Positions 18,733 through 28,787 of a stretch of DNA of 64,000 bases are shown here, one piece after another. This DNA is from Candidatus Woesearchaeota archaeon (lineage in GTDB: Archaea; Nanobdellota; Nanobdellia; Woesearchaeales; JAZDKJ01). Positions within the stretch are counted from its first letter, which is position 1. Each line of letters starts with the position of its first letter. Location of the stretch: assembly GCA_043803105.1 (NCBI GenBank), contig JAZDKJ010000010.1:32001-96000 (forward strand), given 5' to 3'. The translations under genes were made by a program, and so were the position numbers. A model generated the notes under the pieces. That model ran no database searches. It was given only the letters and a program-made list of their open reading frames with translations, and was not told the origin of the DNA.

Positions 18733-20022
18733 ATGACAATTGAATACTTTACATACAAACCAAAGGATATAGAAACTGAAAAGTGGCTAAAAAGGGAGAA
18801 GGAAGATTCAGAAAACTTTGCAAGAGAAGTAGGTGTGAGCATAGACAAAATGGGAATTGTTGGTGAGGATCTATTTAGCCTGACTTTAGACAACCAAAGT
18901 GCCACTTTAGGGTATAGGTCCGTTTCAGTTGTTACAGGAGAGACAACGGCGAAAGGAATGCTAAACGCTCTATGCCCTGAACTAGAATGTTTTGTCACAT
19001 TAGTAAATTGGATGGGAACTTCTGACCACCGTAAATCAAACAGAGTTACGTACCATCATGAGTTAGATAATTTTGTGAGTACCGGAAATCCAAATCAAGT
19101 GTGCATCTTAAGCGGCAACTATCGGTTAAAGAACGACGAGTTTTCAACAATAACCTTATTTAGGGCAAATGCGAAGATAACAACTAAAACTAAACGATTT
19201 TATGACTGGGAAAGAGTTCCTTTTCTGAAAAGGACTGGAGAAACTTTTGCATATTACCCTTCACCCATCTTCATGCTGCCCGTTAAGAGCAGAGAAGAGA
19301 ACGTGTCTGAAGATAAGGTTTATTATTTCACGGCCCCGTTTATGATCATTAAATTAAGTGCCACCCTATTAAAAATTGCTGTGATAAATGCGACAAATCC
19401 AAATCAAACAATAACTGAAGTCTGCGTTTATGACGGCAATTTAACGAATTTAGTGAGTTCAAAACTTGGTTCGCTTTATACTGGTTTATTTGAAGATAAA
19501 ATCTACAGAAGGAAGGGACAGTTTGAGAGGGAAATTGTTCTGTTGAATATGTCTCAAGAGGAATTGGACGGCAATGATCTTGTGGGACATTTGATAACCC
19601 AAAGGATGTATTATCATTATCTCAAGACTAGGCTATTAAGAATCTGCTCAGATTATGAATTTGAAGAGACATTAAAGACGATAATATCACAAACAGAAAG
19701 AGTATACGGAGTAAAGGTTACAATGAAATTAGAATTCTTTGAAAAAACCTACCTCGATGCTTACTTCAAGAAGATAGATGGTGCTTGGTACTATAAACCA
19801 TATATTCTAAATGAATTAAACGATGTTCAACTAATTGAGTTAATTGATCAGATTCAAAACAAGGATGGCCAGGAATTAACTGTTGAAAGGCTAATAATGA
19901 AGGAAAAATATCGAAAGTACCAAAGTTACTTGGAATTTCTGAATTGTTATAATCTCTATTCTAAAAGGATATTAATTAATATGGTCGCTTATAAAGAAGG
20001 ACTTACAAAATGGCTGATATAA
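18733..20022 (+). CDS. Hypothetical protein, partner of the downstream DUF1998 helicase
   Basis: ~430-aa ORF overlapping the helicase start by 13 nt; no motif recognised. Confidence 0.75.
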   Translation: MTIEYFTYKPKDIETEKWLKREKEDSENFAREVGVSIDKMGIVGEDLFSLTLDNQSATLGYRSVSVVTGETTAKGMLNALCPELECFVTLVNWMGTSDHRKSNRVTYHHELDNFVSTGNPNQVCILSGNYRLKNDEFSTITLFRANAKITTKTKRFYDWERVPFLKRTGETFAYYPSPIFMLPVKSREENVSEDKVYYFTAPFMIIKLSATLLKIAVINATNPNQTITEVCVYDGNLTNLVSSKLGSLYTGLFEDKIYRRKGQFEREIVLLNMSQEELDGNDLVGHLITQRMYYHYLKTRLLRICSDYEFEETLKTIISQTERVYGVKVTMKLEFFEKTYLDAYFKKIDGAWYYKPYILNELNDVQLIELIDQIQNKDGQELTVERLIMKEKYRKYQSYLEFLNCYNLYSKRILINMVAYKEGLTKWLI

Positions 20023-23000
20023 ACCCTAAGGGTATATTTGAAATCATAAAGAAGAATTATCTTTCCTTTATACTTACAACTGTATGTAGGGACAACAAAA
20101 AACTATACGAAGAGTTAAAAAATTTCTTCTTGGACAGCCCTGATTTACTATGGAGAGACCTCATCATACAAGAAGTACCAAAATATAAGACAGTGACTAC
20201 TGGAATAGCTGCTTTGAATTTTAGTGATGGGGTGAAAGAGTTAATTAGGGGTGAACTAAGAACACCTTATGTTCACCAAATACAAACATGGAAAAAAGCA
20301 TTGGCAGGAGAAAATTGTGTTGTAGCTACCGGAACTGGAAGTGGAAAGACTGAAGCGTTTATTATGCCAATATTAGATTATTGTGCCACCAATTATACTA
20401 ACGGGGTACAGGCGATAGTTATTTACCCAATGAAAGCTTTAGCTAACGACCAAGGAAAAAGAATAGGAGATCTTATTGATAAACTTAATGAGATAACCGG
20501 AAAGAAATTAACCTTTGCATTGTTGGATGGGGATACCGAAAAAAGATCTCCTTTGGGCGCAAAGTCTGAGATATTCACAAAAGAGGAGATAGCCAATAAT
20601 CCACCAAATATATTATTGACAAATTATGTTATGTTAGAAAGGATTCTACTTTACCCTCAATATATAAGAGTTCTACAAAATAGTAAAATAAGGTATATAG
20701 TGCTAGATGAAATTCATTATTATCGTGGTGCTCAAGGTATTGATGTGTCTTTGCTTATGAGAAGGTTGCAATTCTATTTGAGGCTCAACAATAATCCCTT
20801 CATGCAGTATATAGGTACTAGCGCTACAATCTCTACAAGTATAGGGACAAAATCTCAATATGTCGAAAATTTTCTATTTAAACTATTTAATGTAACATTT
20901 AAGAAAGACAATATAGTGTTACCTGTTTTTGATGAAAAATGTCTAATTGGCACCTTATGTAAACCTATTTTTCTAAGTGACTTAAAAGAAAAACTTGATA
21001 ATATTGAAATTAGAGCGCATGCCTTCTTCTGTGCTCCCCCATCCTTGTTTAGGTGCCTCAAATGTAACCATATACATGTGCTTGCTAAGGATAAATGCCA
21101 AAAATGTAGCTCAAAATTAGTTTTCGAAATCTCGACTTGCAGACAGTGTGGAAAGGAATATCTAGTTTATCCCTTTTTAAAAAATAAACAGTCGGATATC
21201 AATCTTAAAGATATAGACATCATCAAGGCAATAAAACCATTTAATGGTCAGGAGGTAGAATCAAGGGGAGAAATAGTTCTTAGTAAAGAACAGATTCAAG
21301 ACAGTCAGGAAAAACTTAAACTCTGTGAAGATTGTTTAAGCATATACTCTGATTCTTCTAGCATTCATTCCTGCCCCATTTGTGCTAGTGAAAAGTATAT
21401 ATATGTTTATCCTGTTGAAGAAGACAATGAGAAACCAACAATATTAACAAAAGAGAAAAATGACAAATTTTGTCCCTTCTGTAATTTTGAGGAATCAAGA
21501 CAACCTTTAATCGTCCCAGTATCAAAAATATCTGATGAAAACACATCTCATATAATTTTCGACGAACTGTTTATGGCTTTGCCTAAGCAACGACAAAAAC
21601 TATTGGTCTTCACCGATAACGTTCAAAGAACATCGAAGTTCGCAAGAGAAATTGAGGAAACACACCTAAAGAACATTGCCAGGTCTTATTTGAATAAAAA
21701 AATAGAAGAGATTTCCAAGCCAGTGACAATTGATGATCTTATACATCAGGTCATGCGATATCTGAAACGTTACACCACCGTAACTGAATATTTGGAATTA
21801 AACTTAAAGAAAGAGTTATATGATGAGTTGTTGGGCAGTGGGAGAAAGGTCGCAAGCTTGGCAAATAGGGGAGTTTTCACTCTAGGTGTGGTAGATGTGG
21901 ACAGCTTTCCAGAACAGGAGAGAATTAATGTTATTAAGGCGTTCGAAGTATTTAAGGAAAAGAAGCAAGTACTAGACTATTACAAAATAGTTAATAGTGC
22001 GGGTATTCACGCATTTCAAGATTTCTTAGACAATTCTAAGTTAGTTGAAAGAGTCTTCAGAAACATGCGAGATTTAAGGAGAAAGAAAATAAAGAACATG
22101 AATTTAACAGAAGCAAAACAGGTTATTGAACTACTAAAGAAAAAACAGTATCTAGATGAATTCGAAGGAAAATATTTTTTCAAAGAACAGTTTATGGAAG
22201 TGTGTGCAGGTAAAAGAGAAACAACCGATGTTCCGAATTATTACGACGAATGGAAGAATAGAGACGAAATACCATTTATAAAAACTGAAATTTACACTGG
22301 AAAAACAGACGCGGAAAAAAGAACTAAGATAATATATGACTTTAAGACAAATGATTCTATTAATTTTTTAGTTTCTACGACAACCCTAGAGTTGGGTATT
22401 GACATTAGCGACCTTGACGTAGTCGGATTGTTATACGCACCTCCGAGTCCCGCTCAATACACACAGAGAATTGGAAGGGCAGGAAGAAAGGGGCTATCTT
22501 CTTTTTCGGTAACTTTTCTGTCAAAAAGGACTCTTGATTCCATGTATTTTTATAACCCCAAAGAGCTTGTATTAGGAGAAATAACACCCCCTATGTTTGA
22601 TATTGATTTAGAGATCCCGATAAAAAAGTCACTTTTTTCAGTATACTTGTATTTCCTTCTCAAGTGCACCGATTTTACCAAGAAGCAAGAATGTTTAGGA
22701 TGGAACAAAATCAAGACTTGGGAATTATACTTCGATAAAATCAAAATCTATCTTAAAGAGCATGAAAAGAATTTTATAGAATTCTTAACAAAATATTCTG
22801 AGATTAGTAAAATAAACATACAGAAAAATAACTTGGTTGATGAGTGGATAGAAAAGTTAGGAGATCATATCAATCTGCAGAAATCAATTAAAGCCAGTGA
22901 CTTAAACCCAAACCAGAGTGTATTCAACTACTTCCAAGAGGCGGGTTTGTTACCCGATTACGCATTCGGCAGTGGAGGAACTGTAGTCATTGTTCCTGGC

Positions 23001-23903
23001 AGGGATATGATTAAAGGATTTATGTTAAAGGAAGTTTGTCCGCCTTCAACTCTTGATTTTGAAAAGAATAGGTACAGTTGTGAAAAAATATCACTTAAAC
23101 CTTACCACTTCAAGAAATTATCAAATAATTACAAGTATTGCGGTAATTGCAGAAGTGTAATAAGCTTAAAGGAAAGTGATAAAGAGTGCAACATCTGTAC
23201 AACCACATTAATCCCGATTAACAATGAATTAATTGAACCAAAAGTCATAAATGGAAGAAGATCTGCATTTTCTTTAACCCAAAAATATGTAAAATGGGAT
23301 TTTTCTATTATTGATATACCCAAGGATATTATATATGTCAATGACATTGTTACTAAACCATTTGCCAGCGACGTTGGTATGGTATTTAATTCCGTTATGG
23401 AAGGGGACACTAACATCCCCTACTTTATTTGTAAAGAATGTGGGTATTTATATTCTAAGAACACCAAAAGAAAGGATGAAAATCATGTCCATAAGGATGC
23501 TACATGGAAAATTGCATCTAAGTTCAAAACACAAGTAGTTATCTTGGATCTCACAGAATATAATATTAGAGACAAAACCACCTTGCTAAATGCGTTAATA
23601 TCTGCTTCGGCAATTGAAGCTGGCTGTGAAGATGGAGAAATTGCTGGGTTTAGCCTGTTAAATGAAGGAAAATTCGTATTATTTGATAATGTGGAAGGTG
23701 GAGTCGGCTTCGTAAATGTACTGTCTGAAAAATTAATGAATGTCTTGAAGAATGCAAGGGACCTATGTGGTCAAAGCTGTTGCGAAAATGGATGTATAAG
23801 ATGTATAGGGTCTTTTTGGAGACAAAATGAATTGACATATTTAAGAAAAAGAGATATTATTCCTATTTTGGATGACTTGATTAAAGAATATGGCGACAGT
23901 TGA
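20010..23903 (+). CDS. SF2 DEAD/DEAH helicase with Zn ribbons and C-terminal DUF1998 (DruE/MrfA-like)
   Basis: PYVHQ, TGTGSGKT, IYPMKALANDQ, PPNILLTNYVMLE, VLDEIH, TSAT, LLVFTDN, TTTLELGIDI, QRIGRAGR; multiple CxxC; LFDNVEGGVGF...CCENGCIRC. Confidence 0.9.
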   Translation: MADINPKGIFEIIKKNYLSFILTTVCRDNKKLYEELKNFFLDSPDLLWRDLIIQEVPKYKTVTTGIAALNFSDGVKELIRGELRTPYVHQIQTWKKALAGENCVVATGTGSGKTEAFIMPILDYCATNYTNGVQAIVIYPMKALANDQGKRIGDLIDKLNEITGKKLTFALLDGDTEKRSPLGAKSEIFTKEEIANNPPNILLTNYVMLERILLYPQYIRVLQNSKIRYIVLDEIHYYRGAQGIDVSLLMRRLQFYLRLNNNPFMQYIGTSATISTSIGTKSQYVENFLFKLFNVTFKKDNIVLPVFDEKCLIGTLCKPIFLSDLKEKLDNIEIRAHAFFCAPPSLFRCLKCNHIHVLAKDKCQKCSSKLVFEISTCRQCGKEYLVYPFLKNKQSDINLKDIDIIKAIKPFNGQEVESRGEIVLSKEQIQDSQEKLKLCEDCLSIYSDSSSIHSCPICASEKYIYVYPVEEDNEKPTILTKEKNDKFCPFCNFEESRQPLIVPVSKISDENTSHIIFDELFMALPKQRQKLLVFTDNVQRTSKFAREIEETHLKNIARSYLNKKIEEISKPVTIDDLIHQVMRYLKRYTTVTEYLELNLKKELYDELLGSGRKVASLANRGVFTLGVVDVDSFPEQERINVIKAFEVFKEKKQVLDYYKIVNSAGIHAFQDFLDNSKLVERVFRNMRDLRRKKIKNMNLTEAKQVIELLKKKQYLDEFEGKYFFKEQFMEVCAGKRETTDVPNYYDEWKNRDEIPFIKTEIYTGKTDAEKRTKIIYDFKTNDSINFLVSTTTLELGIDISDLDVVGLLYAPPSPAQYTQRIGRAGRKGLSSFSVTFLSKRTLDSMYFYNPKELVLGEITPPMFDIDLEIPIKKSLFSVYLYFLLKCTDFTKKQECLGWNKIKTWELYFDKIKIYLKEHEKNFIEFLTKYSEISKINIQKNNLVDEWIEKLGDHINLQKSIKASDLNPNQSVFNYFQEAGLLPDYAFGSGGTVVIVPGRDMIKGFMLKEVCPPSTLDFEKNRYSCEKISLKPYHFKKLSNNYKYCGNCRSVISLKESDKECNICTTTLIPINNELIEPKVINGRRSAFSLTQKYVKWDFSIIDIPKDIIYVNDIVTKPFASDVGMVFNSVMEGDTNIPYFICKECGYLYSKNTKRKDENHVHKDATWKIASKFKTQVVILDLTEYNIRDKTTLLNALISASAIEAGCEDGEIAGFSLLNEGKFVLFDNVEGGVGFVNVLSEKLMNVLKNARDLCGQSCCENGCIRCIGSFWRQNELTYLRKRDIIPILDDLIKEYGDS

Positions 23904-24693
23904 TTTTCTCCGACAAGAAAAATTGAAGGTGGAGTTTGATAGAGTATTTAGTTTCCCTAGAATGAGGGAAAGGAAAGCTATCATAGCATCTCCTTTAACA
24001 ACCAATTTTTCTTTGGTTGGAACAGCATTTGATTATTTATTGAGGTTTTATGTTCAGAAAAACAATGTCAAAACCATAAGTAATGAATGGATTTCAACAA
24101 AACTTCTTAATTTTACAAAGTATATGGGCTCAACTGGTAAGGAAATAAGAAGTATGCTAAAACAGGCAAAGATTAATTACAAAGAATATCTTAAGAAAGA
24201 TATTTCTGATGATCTTCTTAGATCATGTCTATTACTGGCAAAAATAGATAATATTCAACGATCAGCTGGTGAATTACCTACTAGTTTTTTGGTTGACGAA
24301 AAAGATATGCAAGATTTAAAAAACTTGTACTATGCAATCCCAGACGAAGTATTCAAATCTGATACGTGTGTTCTGAATCCAACCTTTGGTCCAGCCTCTA
24401 TTATGTTAGGTGGAGCTGATGCCGATCTTATTATAGGAGACACTCTGGTAGATATTAAGACGACAGTTGATTTTACATTCACAAAATCATACTTCCTTCA
24501 ATTGGTTGGTTATTATATACTTAATAAAATAGGTAAGGTAGAGGGCAATGATAAGAAGATTCAAGTAAATAATCTTGGAATATACTACTCTCGCTATGGA
24601 TATTTATTCAAATTTGGGGTTAAAGAGGTTATCATAGGAGATGTTGACAAATTCATCGAACTTTTCGTTGATGTGGCTCAGGGTTTTAAATAA
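23890..24693 (+). CDS. PD-(D/E)XK-fold nuclease-like protein
   Basis: VGTAFDY, LNPTFG, GGADADLIIGDTLVDIKTT, QLVGY; overlaps the helicase stop by 14 nt. Confidence 0.7.
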   Translation: MATVDFLRQEKLKVEFDRVFSFPRMRERKAIIASPLTTNFSLVGTAFDYLLRFYVQKNNVKTISNEWISTKLLNFTKYMGSTGKEIRSMLKQAKINYKEYLKKDISDDLLRSCLLLAKIDNIQRSAGELPTSFLVDEKDMQDLKNLYYAIPDEVFKSDTCVLNPTFGPASIMLGGADADLIIGDTLVDIKTTVDFTFTKSYFLQLVGYYILNKIGKVEGNDKKIQVNNLGIYYSRYGYLFKFGVKEVIIGDVDKFIELFVDVAQGFK

Positions 24694-24733
24694 GAGAAGG
24701 TGAAAGGACTCAGGTTATGACAGAATCTCTATT

Positions 24734-27457
24734 TCAAATTTTCTTTTGATTATTGCTAATGTATTTATCATATAGCTCAAAAAGGTATTCAACCCGTTCT
24801 AAATCAGATTTAAATGGCTTATTTCGATAACACTTATCAACTGATTTGTTTAATTTCTGGTGAGCTTGTAATAAATCTTTAGGCATAGTCAAAGGACCGT
24901 ACAAGTCTGCAAGGGATGATTTATATTTTTTTCTTATTGTTAGAACAAATTCTGCTGCCTTTTCAACTTGCTTAGATTTATCAACGGGCACATTTTCAGG
25001 CCAAGGATAATTATTATAGACCAAGTCTTTGGAGTACCTATAATCACTCTTCATTCTTCCACAAACGGATTTTACCCAAGCCATATGCATTTCAGATGTC
25101 AGCATTCCGAAATGAAATAAATTGCCATCAGGAATTAGGTGGCAGCTATTATTAGCGATGTCATTCTTTCCAAAGAAGCCAATCGGAATGTAACTTCTAG
25201 TTTCTGAAGTAGTGCTGGGAATTAAGATGTATCTTTCTGGTTGTTGTCTATCCCTAAACAGTGTTGGGGTCGCTGCAAATTTTCTCGTTGATGGGGCCTC
25301 ACTTTTTAAACGAAACTCCTTAACCATTTGAATTCGCTTCAATACTTCAGGCATTACTCGAAGTTCACTTGGGTTGGCATCAACCAACCATAAACACCAA
25401 CGTTTCTCGCCATTTAGGTATTCACGGGCAGAAATTAATGGTTTAATATAACTCAAAGCAGAAGGCTCCTTTAAAAGAAATTCTTTTTTTTCTTCATCTG
25501 AAAGCAATAAGTGACCACCATCTAAAGGCATATTACCAAACGACATTTCAGGTACGTTACAAAGAGGTTTATTCCTATCAAAAATAAACATGTTTTTTTG
25601 GTCTATTAAATATGAATTAATATTATTGGCTTTTATTTTTACTGGTTCAGAATTTGGATCTTCGTAGTCATAAATATACTTATTTTTGTCTTCGATAATT
25701 GAGAATCCAATTATTACCACATGAACATGTGCCTTCCATCTGGCATCACTGCACCACGTAAAAGTTCTATGGGCAAAATTTATCTTGACACTCTTGGTGG
25801 TCATAAGAAAATCCCACAAGATACCTACTTGTTCTCCTTGAGTGATAGAGTTGGTAGATACTAACCCAACTTTAATATTCGTATCTTTGATATACTCTGC
25901 TGTTTTGATATACCAACATGAAACATAATCTAAAAGTTTGTAATTATTGATAGACCCGCAAACCAGATCCATATCTGTTTTTTGTTCTTCATTTCGATTT
26001 TTTCTTGATATAAACGGAGGGTTTCCCAAAATGAAAATGGGCTCTCTTTTGGGAATGATCGTCTCCCAATCTAACCTCAGTGCATTCCCTATAATTATGT
26101 TTGCAGTCTTTTTTAAAGGCAACCTCTTGTAATACAAACCAAATTCTTTAGATAGTTCACGATTAACCAGGTGATCTGTAAGCCATAAACCAACTTGAGC
26201 TATCCTTGCAGGAAATTCCAATATTTCAATTCCAAACATCGAATCAACATTCAAATCATTGTCAAATACAATATTTAGAACTCTTTGATGACTGTGGCCC
26301 TTTAATTTTCTTAGTCGTAGATGAATTTTGACTTGGAGCCTTCTTAATTCTCTATAAGCTATCATTAGAAAGTTACCACAGCCGCAGGCAGGATCAAATA
26401 TTTTTATATTGCCTATGTTTTGTAACATAATTTCCAGATACCTTTTATTATTTTTGTGAGATTCAAACTCACTTATCAATCCGTCCAAGAATAGAGCATT
26501 AATAGTTTTAAGAACATTTTTTTCAGTAGTATAATGACCTCCTAGGTCGTGCCTTTCATCTTGATTCATTACAGACTGGAATAAGGAACCAAAAACTGCT
26601 GGCGAGACTCGGCTCCAATCGAAGTGGCAGCACTCTAACAAAAATGACCTGGTTTCGCTGTCAAATGCTGGAATTGGTATTCTTTCACTAAAAAGGCTCC
26701 CATCTATGTATGGGAATATTGCCAGTCCTTCATCCAAATTTTTCTGTCTTTTGTCTTCATCCGTATTAAGCACCTCAAATAAAGTAATGATATTTTGTCC
26801 TGTGTCGCTGCCATCTACACTGGTTTTTGTTTCAACAAACTCTCTAAACCGGTTTGTTTCAAAAATATCTGTATCATCAGCAAACAAGCAAAACATAAGC
26901 CTAACTAGGAAGATCTCCAAGTTATGACCTGAATATCCATTATCCTTAAGGGAGTCATGCAGCTTCCCCATTAGCTGAGCTGCCTTAATGTTTACAGGGT
27001 CTTCATTTTCATAAATAATCCTTTCATGTCCCGAAATAAAATCAAATAGCGCAATATTATCAATTAAGTTGGAAATATCAAATTCCTTATGCGTACCATC
27101 GAGCTCATTGTACAATCTAAACTTCTTGAAATCTGTAACAATAACATATTTAGGTAATTCTTCATCTGATAACCCAACAAAATAATCTAAGGCCTGACCA
27201 TATGCCTTGCTCAAATCCTTACCTGCAGATTTATGTTCTGCCACTAATTTGCCTTTCCAGAATACGTCTATATACCCGTTTCCATCAATTTTTTTGGAAG
27301 GTTCATCAAATTTGACATATCTTCGTCGGTCTATCCCAAAAACATTAAAAAATTGATTCCAAAATGTTTGAGCCTCAGCACGTTCTCTAGTCTCATCTTT
27401 CCATTCATGAGAAAACTCCACAGCTCTTTTTCTAATTTCGTTTCTAGTTATTACCAT
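24734..27457 (-). CDS. MmeI-like Type IIL/IIG restriction-modification enzyme (REase-MTase-TRD fusion)
   Basis: ERAEAQTFW, YIDVFW..EHKS, GGHYT, FDPACGCGNFL (motif I), ILGNPPF (motif IV), VSTNSITQGEQ, GRMKSDYRYS, ERVEYLFELY. Likely start MVITRNEI. Confidence 0.92.
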   Translation of the reverse strand: MVITRNEIRKRAVEFSHEWKDETRERAEAQTFWNQFFNVFGIDRRRYVKFDEPSKKIDGNGYIDVFWKGKLVAEHKSAGKDLSKAYGQALDYFVGLSDEELPKYVIVTDFKKFRLYNELDGTHKEFDISNLIDNIALFDFISGHERIIYENEDPVNIKAAQLMGKLHDSLKDNGYSGHNLEIFLVRLMFCLFADDTDIFETNRFREFVETKTSVDGSDTGQNIITLFEVLNTDEDKRQKNLDEGLAIFPYIDGSLFSERIPIPAFDSETRSFLLECCHFDWSRVSPAVFGSLFQSVMNQDERHDLGGHYTTEKNVLKTINALFLDGLISEFESHKNNKRYLEIMLQNIGNIKIFDPACGCGNFLMIAYRELRRLQVKIHLRLRKLKGHSHQRVLNIVFDNDLNVDSMFGIEILEFPARIAQVGLWLTDHLVNRELSKEFGLYYKRLPLKKTANIIIGNALRLDWETIIPKREPIFILGNPPFISRKNRNEEQKTDMDLVCGSINNYKLLDYVSCWYIKTAEYIKDTNIKVGLVSTNSITQGEQVGILWDFLMTTKSVKINFAHRTFTWCSDARWKAHVHVVIIGFSIIEDKNKYIYDYEDPNSEPVKIKANNINSYLIDQKNMFIFDRNKPLCNVPEMSFGNMPLDGGHLLLSDEEKKEFLLKEPSALSYIKPLISAREYLNGEKRWCLWLVDANPSELRVMPEVLKRIQMVKEFRLKSEAPSTRKFAATPTLFRDRQQPERYILIPSTTSETRSYIPIGFFGKNDIANNSCHLIPDGNLFHFGMLTSEMHMAWVKSVCGRMKSDYRYSKDLVYNNYPWPENVPVDKSKQVEKAAEFVLTIRKKYKSSLADLYGPLTMPKDLLQAHQKLNKSVDKCYRNKPFKSDLERVEYLFELYDKYISNNQKKI

Positions 27458-27609
27458 CTTTTTTTTGTTTAATGAGAGACATTTGATATATAAATGTTCT
27501 TCTGACATATGGCAAAGAAGCAAAATATTTCTGGTTTTGTTTTCCGGGAAAATAAATTCAAGGCCCATGGATGTAAATAGAACTAAAGGATTCTTATGTC
27601 TTTACTCTA

Positions 27610-27663
27610 GAAAACCGTTGATTTTTCGGTCCACTGGACATTTGCACACAAGCTTTTTAAGAA
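27610..27663. promoter_or_regulatory. Conserved upstream element, copy 1 (shared with 41500-41555)
   Basis: GAAAA..CG...TTCG..CCACTGGACATT-N7-AAG.TTTTTAAGAA, directly upstream of tcmP. Confidence 0.45.
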
Positions 27664-27682
27664 TGGCAGACATTATATCCCT

Positions 27683-28774
27683 ATGCAGCAGTCAAATTAC
27701 CCTTTCAAGACTTGGCCGTATGAAAAGCAGACTGAAATGAAGCATTTGGTCTTTGAAGACTATTTTGACAAATGGGTTAAGATACTAGGAAAAAATCGAA
27801 CTTTGAACTATATAGACTGCTATGGCGGCGCAGGGATCTATGAAAGAAATGGCGAGCTCTTTCCAGGTTCTCCAATCAGAGCTGCTCAGGTAATAGAGAA
27901 AAACCAACTGTCTCTCGCAAGGGATACCAGGATGGTCGTGATAGAAAAAACCAAGTCGACGATTGACAATCTGCAGAAAGCATTTGAATATTTCAAAGTT
28001 GGTATCAAACCAATTTTCATTCAGGAAGATTTTGACGTAGCTGTTAACAAACTTTTGGACTCACACCCCACTATTGCACCAACTTTCTTTTTGGTGGATC
28101 CATTTGGTTTCAAGGTTAAGTTAGCGACTATCAAAAGGATTATGCAAGTTCAAAAATCTGAGGTCTTGTTAAATTTTATGTATGATGGGATATGCAGAAA
28201 TCTTTCGGTGAAGGAAGCCAAAAAGTCCTTAACTGACCTTTTTGGGACTGAACATTGGCAAGACATTGACTTATGTAATCCAAACAAAGAGCATGAAATT
28301 GTCAGTCTTTTCCGTCAACAACTGAAAACCTTTTGTGATTATGTTTATCCCTATCGTGTGTGTCGACCAGATATGCAAGACAGAACATATTACTATTTGT
28401 TTCATCTCACAAACCATCATAAAGGATGTTCCATCATGAAGTCTTGTTTTGCCAAATATAATCTTGGCAGATTGGAATTTAACGACCAAATTAACACAAG
28501 GATGCGCAACCAGGCAACCTTATTTGATCCTAAGGAAGTAACTGCAAACACAATCGGACAGTTATTGCTTGCCAAATACAAAGGTGTTTCAAAAAGCTAT
28601 GAGGATATTATAAAAGAGTTCATTGATAGCACTCCATTCTTAGAATCAGATTTTATCAGGACAATTAAGGCACTGGAGTCCGCTGGAAAAGTTCAGGTGC
28701 TTCGGAACCCAGATTTAACTGCCAAAGGTCATAAAAGGAAAAGTATATATCCTAAAGACTCTATTTCATTTTAA
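27683..28774 (+). CDS. tcmP: Three-Cys-motif partner protein TcmP (SAM-binding fold) with C-terminal wHTH
   Basis: W...QTEMKH...YF..W, YIDCYGGAG, GSPIRA, FFLVDPFGF, SEVLLNFMY, YYLFHLTNH..G..IMK. Confidence 0.8.
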   Translation: MQQSNYPFKTWPYEKQTEMKHLVFEDYFDKWVKILGKNRTLNYIDCYGGAGIYERNGELFPGSPIRAAQVIEKNQLSLARDTRMVVIEKTKSTIDNLQKAFEYFKVGIKPIFIQEDFDVAVNKLLDSHPTIAPTFFLVDPFGFKVKLATIKRIMQVQKSEVLLNFMYDGICRNLSVKEAKKSLTDLFGTEHWQDIDLCNPNKEHEIVSLFRQQLKTFCDYVYPYRVCRPDMQDRTYYYLFHLTNHHKGCSIMKSCFAKYNLGRLEFNDQINTRMRNQATLFDPKEVTANTIGQLLLAKYKGVSKSYEDIIKEFIDSTPFLESDFIRTIKALESAGKVQVLRNPDLTAKGHKRKSIYPKDSISF

Positions 28775-28787
28775 AAAGAGGTAAGTC

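Noticed and set aside
11519-24693. Integron cassette array
   Set aside because: Genes overlap or have short spacers with no attC-like RYYYAAC...GTTRRRY hairpins, and no IntI gene is present.
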